DNA of 33,999 nt from a virus (lineage: Duplodnaviria; Caudoviricetes), in IMG/VR virus record IMGVR_UViG_3300036987_000434, positions 1-33,999 of that record; one strand, given 5' to 3'. Every line of letters begins with the position of its first letter. Position 1 is the stretch's first letter. Below are positions 16,398 to 25,820 of the stretch, piece by piece. The notes beneath the pieces were generated by a model. It did no database searches. It was not told the origin of the DNA and was given only the letters and a program-made list of their open reading frames with translations. Both the position numbers and the translations under genes were made by a program.

Positions 16398-19300
16398 CAA
16401 ACTCGAACTGGTCGTCACCGTCGAGGTGGACAAAGCCAATCAGTCCATCAAGAGCGTCAACGCCAGTCTGTCGAGCATGGAGGCGTCCGCCACCAAGAGC
16501 GCGAAAGGAGCCGCCCAGGGCATCGACGGCATGACGGCAGCCATGGTGAAAGGCGCAACGGCGGGGAGCTTGTTCGCCGACGCCATCAAGAGTGCCCTTG
16601 CCTGGGGGAAGGAGTTCACCGTTGGTTCCGTCATGATGGCGGCTGAGAACGCCAAGGCCGAGGCTTCCCTCAGGGCGCTGGCGACCGCGCACGGTGTGGG
16701 TGCAGCCGCGGCGTCGAAGCAGGTGGCTGCAATCGAAGAAATTGGCTTCGAATTCACGGAGGCTGCGCATGCCGTTCAGCGCCTCATCGTCGCCGACATG
16801 GACCTGGCCAAAGCCGAGGGTCTGGCCAAGCTCGCCAAGGACGCGGCGGCGGTTCAGAACGTGTCGGCTGGCGAGGCGATGGAGGGCATTGTCCTCGCTA
16901 TCGAGTCAGGCGCGTCGCGTGGACTCCGCACGCTGGGGCTATTCGTCGATTTCCAGAAGGAAGTTCTGATTCAGGAACTGAAGCTGGGCCGTGCGCTCAC
17001 CGAAACCGAGGAGAAACAAGTCCGTTACAACGCGGTGATGCGTGAGGGCGCGAAGATTCAGGGGGCACACGCGGCCGCGTCGCAGACGGTCGAAGGCCAA
17101 CTGGGCGCGCTGCGGCGCGAGTTCAACAACCTTCGAGAAGACATTGGGGCCAAATTCCAAGAGGACCTCAAGTCGATGATCGGCAGTCTGCGCGGCTTGG
17201 TCGGCTGGCTCAAGGACAATACGGACCTGCTTACGAAGTTTGGCGAGGTGGCCCTATGGGTCTCGGGCATCCTTGCATCTTATGCTCTGGCCGAAAAGAT
17301 CATGGCGCTGGCCAAGTCCATCGCGGCGCTGAGACTCGCCAGTCTGAACCCGTACGCGCTGCTCGCCACCGGCGTCGTGGCGGCGGGCGCCATTGTCTAC
17401 ACCAACTGGAAGAACACGCAGGAGCAACTCCAGGCCCGCTTCGACGAGATGCAGCAGAAGGCCCTCCGCGAGCAACTCTTCAGCGGTAAGACCAGCGTCG
17501 AAAATCTCCGCAAACAGGGGATGACCGACGACCAGATCCGGGAACTCGTCAGCGGCAACCGGATGCTACCGGGCGAGCAACCCTTCCAATTCGGCGGTCC
17601 GAAGCTCACCATCAAGACCGGCAACGAACCGGACCTCGAGGCCTTGAAGCGCGCCGCCGAGATCCGCAAGCGACAGGCCGAAGTGGAAAGGGAGTCCCGG
17701 CAGGCTGCCATCGAGGCCGGCGTTAAGGGTCAAGTGGGCTTCGCTCGCGAGATCGCCGAGATGAACGCACAGATCCAGAAGTGGACGACATTCACCGACG
17801 ACAGGGGAGTTGAGCAGCGGATCGCGTTGACGCGCACGGCGTGGCAGAACGTGCTCGATCAGTTGTCGAACCGGTGGACAACGTTCAAAGAGAAGCTGCT
17901 CAAGGACAATCGTGAGCATATTGCTGAGTACCTGAAAGACGAAGAGGAAGCGGCCAGAAAGCGGCTGGAGTTCGAGACCGAGCTATTCCAGCGGAGGCTC
18001 CAGTACAACGAGGAGATCTCGCGGCGGAACCTCGAACATCTCGAACGCATACTCGGTGTCGAGGAACAGCGCGCGGGCATCGATCGGGACGCGCGCCTCC
18101 GTGCTGTCGAGGCGGTAGACGCCCAGACCCTCGAACAGAAGGTCGCGGTTGAACAGCGAAAGGCTGCAATAGAGGTGGATTACCTGGAGCGCGTCCACGA
18201 GATCAAAATGCGCCTGTTTGATCTTGAAACCTCGCGCATGGTGCTGGAGGAAGAGGCGAACTTCAAGCGGCTCGGGTATCGCGCCGATGAGGTCAAGGCG
18301 CGGATCGGGGAACTCGGTCAGCAACGCGAGGAGATCCGGCAGGCCAACCAGGAGGGCACCGACGCCGCCATCAACGCCGCGCGCCAGAACGCCGCCACCC
18401 GAACAGCGGGGATGATCCGCGACCACAACCGGCAGGTCTTCGACTCCTTCAAGCGGCAGGCCGAAGGCGTCTTCGATGCGCTCCTCACGAAGTCGCAGTC
18501 CATCTGGTCGGCCATCGGGAACTCTTTCAAGACCGCACTGTTGACCGCCATCAAGGACGTGGTCTCCTCGCGCGTCGCGGCCATGCTGATGCAGTTGTTC
18601 ACCGGCCAGAAGGTGTCTTTCGCGTCCGGGGGATCGGGCGGCGGCGGGGTGTTGAGCGGCATCGGTGGAATGCTGGGCCTCGGCGCGATCCCGGTATTCG
18701 GCGCAGGCGGGGGTGGGTTCGGCGGCGGCGGGCCGATTCCCGGCGGCGCGGCTGGTGGATGGGGCACACCACCGTTCATTCCTGCCGGCGGCGGAGGTGG
18801 CGGCGTCAGTGGCTTGGCGAGTGCGGCGGGGACCGGCGGGTTGTTCTCGAAGGCGGGTTTGACTGGCACGCTGGCGAACCTGAAATCCTTCCTCGGGATT
18901 GGCGGCAGCGTGCAGTTGGCTCCGGGCGTGGCAACCACCTGGCAGGCGGCGACTCTCGGTCAAAAGCTCTCTTCCATCGGCAAGTCGAACGCGGCGCTGA
19001 TGGGGGGCGCACTGCTGGCGCTCGATGGACTGCGGCGCGGCGGGTGGCTTGGCGTCGCCGAGACGACGGCGGGCGGCGCGCTGATCGGTTTCAAATATGG
19101 CGGTCCCTTGGGCGCGGCCATCGGCGCGGGGGTCGGGTTCGCTGCCGGCATCGTGCGCCTGTTCGTGAAGGGCGCGCAGGAGAAGGCCCGCGAGAAGATC
19201 AAGGCGACCTACGGCGTCGATATCTCCGACAAGGGACTCCTGAAGCAGATTGTCGATATCGCCAAGCAGGGCTTCGGAGGCAACCTCGACGTGGCGATCA

Positions 19301-19695
19301 GGGGCCAGCAGATCCGCGACCTCGTCGAGTTGTACGCCATGAGCACCGGCCAGAAGCCGACTGGCATGCCTGGCACCGCGCGTCCGCTCGATCTGGTGCA
19401 GTCCGGAGGCTCGCTCTTCCAGTTTGCCGGGTACTCGAACGGGACAGCTCTCCCCGGCTTGGGGGGCCTGCCGACGCTCGACCGGATCGGCGGCGGCGTG
19501 GCGTCCGGTGCCGGAGGCGTCGTGATCCAGTTGGACGGCCCTGCAACCACCGCTCTGCTGCGGGGCGAGGCGGTGCAGGCCATCGCGGACAACTCGCGCG
19601 CCGTTCAAGGCGCGGCCATGAGCGCCGCGCGATCCAATTCCGGGCGTCGGCAGATGGCCACGCTCCAGATGAGTCCCGGTCTGCTGACCTCATGA
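16387..19695 (+). CDS. Tape measure protein
   Basis: 1102 aa; MADNKLELVVTVEVD start, Ala-rich helical and coiled-coil body, Gly-rich hydrophobic C-terminal part. Confidence 0.93.
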   Translation: MADNKLELVVTVEVDKANQSIKSVNASLSSMEASATKSAKGAAQGIDGMTAAMVKGATAGSLFADAIKSALAWGKEFTVGSVMMAAENAKAEASLRALATAHGVGAAAASKQVAAIEEIGFEFTEAAHAVQRLIVADMDLAKAEGLAKLAKDAAAVQNVSAGEAMEGIVLAIESGASRGLRTLGLFVDFQKEVLIQELKLGRALTETEEKQVRYNAVMREGAKIQGAHAAASQTVEGQLGALRREFNNLREDIGAKFQEDLKSMIGSLRGLVGWLKDNTDLLTKFGEVALWVSGILASYALAEKIMALAKSIAALRLASLNPYALLATGVVAAGAIVYTNWKNTQEQLQARFDEMQQKALREQLFSGKTSVENLRKQGMTDDQIRELVSGNRMLPGEQPFQFGGPKLTIKTGNEPDLEALKRAAEIRKRQAEVERESRQAAIEAGVKGQVGFAREIAEMNAQIQKWTTFTDDRGVEQRIALTRTAWQNVLDQLSNRWTTFKEKLLKDNREHIAEYLKDEEEAARKRLEFETELFQRRLQYNEEISRRNLEHLERILGVEEQRAGIDRDARLRAVEAVDAQTLEQKVAVEQRKAAIEVDYLERVHEIKMRLFDLETSRMVLEEEANFKRLGYRADEVKARIGELGQQREEIRQANQEGTDAAINAARQNAATRTAGMIRDHNRQVFDSFKRQAEGVFDALLTKSQSIWSAIGNSFKTALLTAIKDVVSSRVAAMLMQLFTGQKVSFASGGSGGGGVLSGIGGMLGLGAIPVFGAGGGGFGGGGPIPGGAAGGWGTPPFIPAGGGGGGVSGLASAAGTGGLFSKAGLTGTLANLKSFLGIGGSVQLAPGVATTWQAATLGQKLSSIGKSNAALMGGALLALDGLRRGGWLGVAETTAGGALIGFKYGGPLGAAIGAGVGFAAGIVRLFVKGAQEKAREKIKATYGVDISDKGLLKQIVDIAKQGFGGNLDVAIRGQQIRDLVELYAMSTGQKPTGMPGTARPLDLVQSGGSLFQFAGYSNGTALPGLGGLPTLDRIGGGVASGAGGVVIQLDGPATTALLRGEAVQAIADNSRAVQGAAMSAARSNSGRRQMATLQMSPGLLTS

Positions 19696-19719
19696 AGCCG
19701 GCCTGGGGGTTCAGCGCAG

Positions 19720-20232
19720 TTACGTAGCACTCGCACGATCCGCTCGCGGCGTGTCTCGTTTGACTGGTGGCCCAGGTAGACCGTATGTGGCTACGATTTT
19801 CGCGGCGACCTGCCTGTGAACTGGGTCAGACGCATGGAAGTGGATCTCCGTCTGAAACGGGGGCCATTGGCCAGCGCACCTTATGAGAAATACAACCTCA
19901 GCTTCCACGGTTTCGATGTCCAGGAGCGGGTTTTTGGTTGGGGGATCTTCGTGACACCAGATGTCGAGGTCTGCCTCACTGAACCTATGACGAAAGGCGT
20001 AACCGTAGTATCCGCTGGCGCCCGTGGCATTCCATCCAATCCTGAGGCGGTTTCGAATCGATTGTCTCGTGACGCCAACGTAGATTGGGCGCCCTTCAAC
20101 GCTGGCGATGTACAGCTTCGGCAATTTGCTGGTCGCTCGGCCAGAGAACTTGGCAGTGCCCTTCGGACATAAAACGGTAAACGTTCTTGCATCGAAGGAA
20201 AGCTTGTAGCGATCGGGGCCAGCAACTCTCAT
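19720..20232 (-). CDS. GIY-YIG-like nuclease (moron)
   Basis: KLYIASVEGRPIYVGVTRQSIRNRLR fits the xLY...YVG...R pattern; ETVEAE supplies a candidate catalytic Glu; lower GC, antisense to the operon. Confidence 0.7.
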   Translation of the reverse strand: MRVAGPDRYKLSFDARTFTVLCPKGTAKFSGRATSKLPKLYIASVEGRPIYVGVTRQSIRNRLRIGWNATGASGYYGYAFRHRFSEADLDIWCHEDPPTKNPLLDIETVEAEVVFLIRCAGQWPPFQTEIHFHASDPVHRQVAAKIVATYGLPGPPVKRDTPRADRASAT

Positions 20233-20251
20233 AGCCCTTCCATTTTTTCAT

Positions 20252-20653
20252 ATGCCCGGCTCTATCCAGAACGCCGCTCCGGTGACGGTGCTGCCGCAAA
20301 GCCTGTCCCGCGCGTTCGTGCGGTCGCAGGAATACCCGGTCATCGAGAACGAGTACCGGAACGGAGAGTCGCAGCGCTCGGTCCCGGTGAACAACAGCAG
20401 GAAGAGGTGGCGGCTGGCGAAGCGTCTGCCGCCTACGCCGTTACAGGCCCTCCGCGATTTCTACGAGGCGCGGACCGGACCGACCGAACCGTTCTACTTC
20501 TACGATCCGTACGAGACCAACCCGAAGTTCTCGTGGGACCCGACCGGCGCGGCCACGACCGGCAGGTACACCGTCCGGTTCGACGGCGAGTGGAACCAGT
20601 CGTCCGGTCCGGGCCGGTCGGACGCGAATCTGGAACTGATCGAACTGGCTTGA
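20252..20653 (+). CDS. Distal tail protein (DUF2460 / gpM-like)
   Basis: GESQR...LRDFYEARTGPTEPFYFYDP...VRFD...LIEL pattern; first structural gene after the tape measure. Confidence 0.8.
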   Translation: MPGSIQNAAPVTVLPQSLSRAFVRSQEYPVIENEYRNGESQRSVPVNNSRKRWRLAKRLPPTPLQALRDFYEARTGPTEPFYFYDPYETNPKFSWDPTGAATTGRYTVRFDGEWNQSSGPGRSDANLELIELA

Positions 20654-20657
20654 AACT

Positions 20658-21929
20658 ATGAAACGAATCCTTTTGTTCCTCCTCATGCTTCTCGCAAGCC
20701 TCGCCGCCGCAACGCAGATTCAGGACACCGGCTACACCGGTATCAACGGAACACTCTTCAGCGGGCGCCTCACGATCACGTCCCCGAACATGACGGCCGC
20801 GGATGGCACCACCCTGTACCGCGCAGTTCAGTCGTTCACGATCACGAACGGCGTCATCTCGGTGAATCTCGAACCGAACGACACGGCGACGCCCGCAGGG
20901 ACGAGCTACAACGTCGTCTACCGCTCGACCACCGGGACCTCCTGGTCTGAGCGTTGGGTGGTGCCCACAAGCGCGTCCCCGCTCACTGTGAGCCAGGTAC
21001 GTGTCCTGACCCCACCTGCGCCTTCGGTCATGATCCAGCCGTCACAGATCTTGGGCACCGGGGCCGCAGTCGGGCAGTGCCTGGCCTGGACCGGCTCGGC
21101 GTGGGCACCCGCGACATGCGGCGCGGTAAGCACAGTCTTCGGGCGGTCAGGCGCGGTCACAGCGCAGACGGGCGATTACTCGTTCTCGCAGATCACCGGG
21201 TCCGTGGGCGACTCGCAGATCTCCCCGGGCGTCGATGCCTCCAAGATCGGCAACGGAACCGTGGATAACCTGGCGTTCGGCTACCTGGCAGGCGTTACAA
21301 GCCCGATACAGCAGCAGCTCACCGCGAGGCCGAGTGGAAGCGGTGCGACGGACGCTCTCCCTGTTTGGAGTGGCGCGCAAACGCTGACGGGCAGTTCCTT
21401 CGTCACCGTGGATGAAGCGACCAAGAAGGTGAAGGTCAAGCCGGCGGGGAGTTTCTGGTTTGAGGACGCTGGGGGCGCCCCCGTGGCCAGGATCGAATGG
21501 GGTGGACAGACTTGGAGTCTCAACGGGTTTGACCTGTGGAACGTGACCACCCTGTCTCTGAACTCCTATATGCAGGCCCTCGGCTACCGCGTGGTTTCCG
21601 ATTTCAACGCGACTACCATCAGTTCCGCCAGCCACAACTTCGGCAAGCTTTTCGACGGCGGCGGCAACGGATACCGAAAGTTCAAGCTGACGACGAATGT
21701 GACCAGCCCGGTCTTCGATTTCAGCGTCACGCAGCCTTCCTACATCACGGTGCTCGAAATCTGTCAGGACGCTACCGGCGGGCGGACCATCACGTTCCCG
21801 TCGAACGTGGTTTTCGGCCCGCTGAACGCAACGGCGAACAAGTGCACGGTGCAGATGATGATCAGCCGGACGATGAGCAGTTCGCCGTGGATCGGGGCTT
21901 TTCCACTTGCGGCGGCTGTTTCCTTCTGA
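20658..21929 (+). CDS. Tail-fibre-like protein with N-terminal signal peptide
   Basis: MKRILLFLLMLLASLAAA|TQ; fibre-type motifs GQCLAWTGSAWAP, VSTVFGRSGAVTAQTGDY, ICQDATGGRTITFP. Confidence 0.75.
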   Translation: MKRILLFLLMLLASLAAATQIQDTGYTGINGTLFSGRLTITSPNMTAADGTTLYRAVQSFTITNGVISVNLEPNDTATPAGTSYNVVYRSTTGTSWSERWVVPTSASPLTVSQVRVLTPPAPSVMIQPSQILGTGAAVGQCLAWTGSAWAPATCGAVSTVFGRSGAVTAQTGDYSFSQITGSVGDSQISPGVDASKIGNGTVDNLAFGYLAGVTSPIQQQLTARPSGSGATDALPVWSGAQTLTGSSFVTVDEATKKVKVKPAGSFWFEDAGGAPVARIEWGGQTWSLNGFDLWNVTTLSLNSYMQALGYRVVSDFNATTISSASHNFGKLFDGGGNGYRKFKLTTNVTSPVFDFSVTQPSYITVLEICQDATGGRTITFPSNVVFGPLNATANKCTVQMMISRTMSSSPWIGAFPLAAAVSF

Positions 21930-21932
21930 GCA

Positions 21933-24900
21933 ATGCCTGACTACATCGGCAACATCCAGGTCCCTGAGATCACGCCTTCCGGCGTGTTCCCCATCGTGCC
22001 GGATTACCCGCACGGCCGCGCCTGGCGTCCGGACGTGGCGATCCATCAGTTCGGCAGCGGGAACGCGAAGATCGAGCAGCGCTTCCTGCTGGGGACTGGC
22101 GCGAAGCGGTTCACGGTGCGCCGCGCCACGCTGCGTGACTCCGACCGGATCGCGCTCCGAAACTTCTTCGAGTCGAAGTTTGGTGCCTACGGCGCGTTCA
22201 CCTACAACGCGCCCAACGACGATGGCGTCGGGACGACAGCGTACACCTGCCGCTTCGCCAATGAGCCTCTGTCGTGGGAGATGGTCGCGGACCACGTCTG
22301 CACGGTCGGCCTGACGCTCATCGAGATCCCGGCGTCGCCTCCCACCTATTCGCTCAACTCCACGGTAACCCGCTTTCCGACGCAGGCGTTGAAGGACGCC
22401 CTGTTGTCGCAGGTTCAGCGGATCGTCCCGCTGCTCAAGATCCAGCCTCTCCAGAGCGGGTACCCCGCGATCTACGTGTCCGACCGGCGTTGCACCATCG
22501 ACGGGCAGTTGTACCAGGCGCGGCTTCTGGAGTTCGACGGCATCCAGCAGGGGATGGGCGGCGAGTCCGACGACGCCTCGTTCACGTTCGGGAACGCGGA
22601 TCGCGTGATGCGCGACCTTGCGAACGATGTGGACCTGTACCGCGCGTCCATCGAGTTCTCCCTGTTCCACGCCGGGCAAGGCATCAAGCTCGACCTCTGG
22701 AAGGGCGATATCGTCAACTGGTCGCTCGATGCGGGTCCGGAGTTCAAGGTCACTGCCGCCGATGGCCTCTACGAACTGAACCTGCCGTACCCAACGCGCA
22801 AGATCTCGCGGACGTGCTGGAAGCACTTCAACTCCGGTCCCTGCCCCTACTCGACCGCTGGCGCTCTCGACCTGGTTCACTTCCCGAGCGCCGATGCTTC
22901 GAAGTGCGACAAGGGATACGAAACGCCGAACGGATGCCTGGCGCACGGCATGAAGCGGTATTACGGCGCGATCCTCGCGGAACCGCAGGGTGTCCGGATC
23001 AAGGACAACTCGACCGGGACATGGGGCTTCGGGCGGTCGCCGCTCACCAGCGTCTCTCTGGTCGCGGATTCGATCTACGACCAAGTGATGCCGGAAGTCT
23101 ACACCGACAGCGACATGCCGGTGAACGGCAAGATGGCGGCGGGCCGGGACGAGAGCGACTTCTACGAAGGGCTGGGTGTCGTGTGCGAGGGTCCGGTGAC
23201 GTTCGGCAGCGGCCATAAGCTCGACGGGCAGTTCCACCACGGCTATCCAGGCACCTTTGGGCTTCGCGCAGTTCCCGGCGATGATCCCGCCGGAACGCAG
23301 GACTGGTTCTCGCTCGACCAGTCCGGAGACCAGACCGGCGGCGACTGGCGCAAGGTCTTCTCCGGCAACTCCACCTATAAGGACAACTTCGCGGCCGGGA
23401 CCGCCTTCCTCGTGCTGCGGCGCGGTGACGCGAAGGGACTCCAGTTGTCCAAGCCCGGCGAGCACCAGATGGAGGCCATCGTCCAGAGCGGGATGAAGGG
23501 CTGGGTCTGGACTTCTCCGGGCGTGCGCGTGTACGGCCCGCCGCTCACCAATCCCGTCTGGATAGCAATCAATATGCTGTTCCGGGCGCGGGGCTTGCGC
23601 CTTGGCTCCGGCGCGACCACGCAGCAGTTGGATCTCGTGGAGACGTTCTTCGACGTGCAGGCCGCCATCGATGCGTCCGCGATCTGCGATGAGCAAGTGA
23701 CAAAGCTCGTTGGCACAGGCACGGAGACACAGTTCAAGTTCCGGGGCACGGTGCAGGAAGAGAAGCCGCTCCGGGATTGGATTCAGGAGGTGCTGATCAA
23801 CTGCCTGGGCTTCTATACGTTTTCCTTCGGGAAGCTCAAGGTAGGCGTCCGTGTGAACTCCTCGGCGGTCGAGGCTTTCACGGAGGGGAACATTGTCTTC
23901 CGCAGTCTCAAGCTCGCGCCGCTGAAGCCCTCGTTCAACCATATCACCGCGCACTTCGCCGACGAGGATTTCGAGTTCGTCGCGAACAGCGTGGCCGTCT
24001 ACGACGTGGACCACGCCCTCCTGCTGGCCGGCGGCGCGGGACCGCAGTTCCTCAAATCCAGCGTCAACCTCGCCGGGACCTTCTCGAAGTCGCAGGCCGG
24101 CAGGATCATCGCCATCCGCCTACGCGAAGAGTTGGGCGGCATCACGGCAGTGGAATGGAAGGCGGCGAGGAGCGTTCAGTTCCGGACCACGGTGCTCGCC
24201 CTCAACACGGAGCCGGGCATGGTCTGCTCGATGACGCATCCGGACATGCCTGGCGGCGCGGGAGAGTTCCGGGTCACGGGCTGGCGTCTGAACAACGACT
24301 ACAGCATCGACATGCAGGGCCGCACGACCACGGACTCGATGTACGATCTGGTCACCGGTCCGAAACCCGCCGACGTAACTCCAGACGACGTGCCCGAGGA
24401 GGTTCTGATCGACACTGGCGTTCCAGGAATCGTGACCGGAACGCCCAAGCTCTCCGACTACGGCACCTTCGCCGTCGACAATATGGAGGTCCTGGCCGAC
24501 GCCTCCGGCAACAGCAACATCGTGGGCGCGCAGCAGGTCGCCATGGCGCTTTATTACGTGGATGAACTCACCGCGGATCTGTGGGCCAGCCTGGACGCCG
24601 CGCTCGCCAAAACCACCGATCCGGCGACGGTCGCCTGTACGATGAATCCGGACACGACGCGTGAGTTCAAAGTGGGCGACTTCGTGGTGTTCAACGACGA
24701 GGCGAAGGACCCGGACAACAGCGGGCGGCGCTCGTTCGAATGCGCTCAGATCGTGGGTCCGGGGAACGAAGGCGATGTGGTCCCATCCGGAAACCTCCAG
24801 TTTCAGCGGGCGTATCCCGGCGTGCCTGCCGGTCAAGCCACGTTCGGCACGCTGCGGTGCGCGCACTTGAAAGGCGTCCGCTTCCATAAACTGGACTTCA

Positions 24901-25739
24901 AGATTTTCACGTACTCCGTGAAGAAGGGTTTCTTCCGGACGCCTGGCCTTCCGGCGCGCGTCGAAGCGAAGCTCCCCTCGGCGTGCGTGGTCGCCGCCCT
25001 CGTGGGTGTGGCCAACCACTTCGGCTTCGGGCCGTTCACGGTCTTCCCACTCTCGCACCATAGCGAACCCTTCACCCCTGGCGACCGGACCTGCAACGGC
25101 GGCGCATACACGTTCCAGATTCCGGGTGCGCTGGCGGTGCAAGACACCGTGGCGATCCCGATGAAAGTGCAGGACGCCGCCTCGATCCGCTGCATCTATG
25201 CCTACCTCCAGCAGGGCACCACCGACGGCCAGTCGGCCTATCTGGTCAAGATCAGCCGCGACGACGGCGCGACATGGGAGCCGCTCGAGTACATGGGGAT
25301 CGCGCAGTCGCTGCCGACCGCGTACAAGAACACCTACGATTTCCTGGTGAACAACGAGGGCTACGGCCTACCCGCCACGCGCCGTCTGCCATACGCCGAC
25401 TACGGCATCATACTCTTCCAAGCGGTCACCGGCAGTCCCACACCGCAGACCGTCTCGACAGCATCGTACGGCGCGAACCGCCTTGGTCTGGAGGCCGGGC
25501 GCTTCGTTCATATCGACCTCGGCGGCGCGAATGAGGAATTCGTGCAGGTGCTCGCCGTCGATCCGGACAACCAAACCTTCGACGCGATTGTGACCGGGGA
25601 CCACCTGCTCGGCGAGAGCGTCCGTCCGGCCATCTGGCCGACACCCATCATGAACGAGGGCGACGACCTCGCGTTCGATATCCTCTCGGTCGCGTCTCCG
25701 GACTCGGGGGCCGACTTGACGGTCGCGATCCAGACGTAA
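21933..25739 (+). CDS. Fused tail hub/tip protein (Dit-like + gpL-like Cys cluster + central tail domain)
   Basis: N-terminus similar to 20252-20653; Cx8Cx20Cx9C at 22815-22937; TNPVWI and LNTEPGMV...FRV motifs typical of tail tip proteins. Confidence 0.85.
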   Translation: MPDYIGNIQVPEITPSGVFPIVPDYPHGRAWRPDVAIHQFGSGNAKIEQRFLLGTGAKRFTVRRATLRDSDRIALRNFFESKFGAYGAFTYNAPNDDGVGTTAYTCRFANEPLSWEMVADHVCTVGLTLIEIPASPPTYSLNSTVTRFPTQALKDALLSQVQRIVPLLKIQPLQSGYPAIYVSDRRCTIDGQLYQARLLEFDGIQQGMGGESDDASFTFGNADRVMRDLANDVDLYRASIEFSLFHAGQGIKLDLWKGDIVNWSLDAGPEFKVTAADGLYELNLPYPTRKISRTCWKHFNSGPCPYSTAGALDLVHFPSADASKCDKGYETPNGCLAHGMKRYYGAILAEPQGVRIKDNSTGTWGFGRSPLTSVSLVADSIYDQVMPEVYTDSDMPVNGKMAAGRDESDFYEGLGVVCEGPVTFGSGHKLDGQFHHGYPGTFGLRAVPGDDPAGTQDWFSLDQSGDQTGGDWRKVFSGNSTYKDNFAAGTAFLVLRRGDAKGLQLSKPGEHQMEAIVQSGMKGWVWTSPGVRVYGPPLTNPVWIAINMLFRARGLRLGSGATTQQLDLVETFFDVQAAIDASAICDEQVTKLVGTGTETQFKFRGTVQEEKPLRDWIQEVLINCLGFYTFSFGKLKVGVRVNSSAVEAFTEGNIVFRSLKLAPLKPSFNHITAHFADEDFEFVANSVAVYDVDHALLLAGGAGPQFLKSSVNLAGTFSKSQAGRIIAIRLREELGGITAVEWKAARSVQFRTTVLALNTEPGMVCSMTHPDMPGGAGEFRVTGWRLNNDYSIDMQGRTTTDSMYDLVTGPKPADVTPDDVPEEVLIDTGVPGIVTGTPKLSDYGTFAVDNMEVLADASGNSNIVGAQQVAMALYYVDELTADLWASLDAALAKTTDPATVACTMNPDTTREFKVGDFVVFNDEAKDPDNSGRRSFECAQIVGPGNEGDVVPSGNLQFQRAYPGVPAGQATFGTLRCAHLKGVRFHKLDFKIFTYSVKKGFFRTPGLPARVEAKLPSACVVAALVGVANHFGFGPFTVFPLSHHSEPFTPGDRTCNGGAYTFQIPGALAVQDTVAIPMKVQDAASIRCIYAYLQQGTTDGQSAYLVKISRDDGATWEPLEYMGIAQSLPTAYKNTYDFLVNNEGYGLPATRRLPYADYGIILFQAVTGSPTPQTVSTASYGANRLGLEAGRFVHIDLGGANEEFVQVLAVDPDNQTFDAIVTGDHLLGESVRPAIWPTPIMNEGDDLAFDILSVASPDSGADLTVAIQT

Positions 25740-25820
25740 CCTGTCTTCGCCCAAAGGGACCGTTCCGCTATCTCGGGTCATGACGGCTGTCGACTCTCCC
25801 AATTGGAGTATAGTGAGGGC

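Noticed and set aside
18620-19170. Gly-rich low-complexity region as a separate repeat or toxin element
   Set aside because: In frame within the tape measure protein; Gly-rich hydrophobic segments are common there
21147-24014. 955-aa minus-strand ORF (also 10498-12558, 17983-19608, 3601-4776 and similar)
   Set aside because: Antisense shadows of GC-rich + strand genes with clear phage motifs; the translations have no motifs of their own
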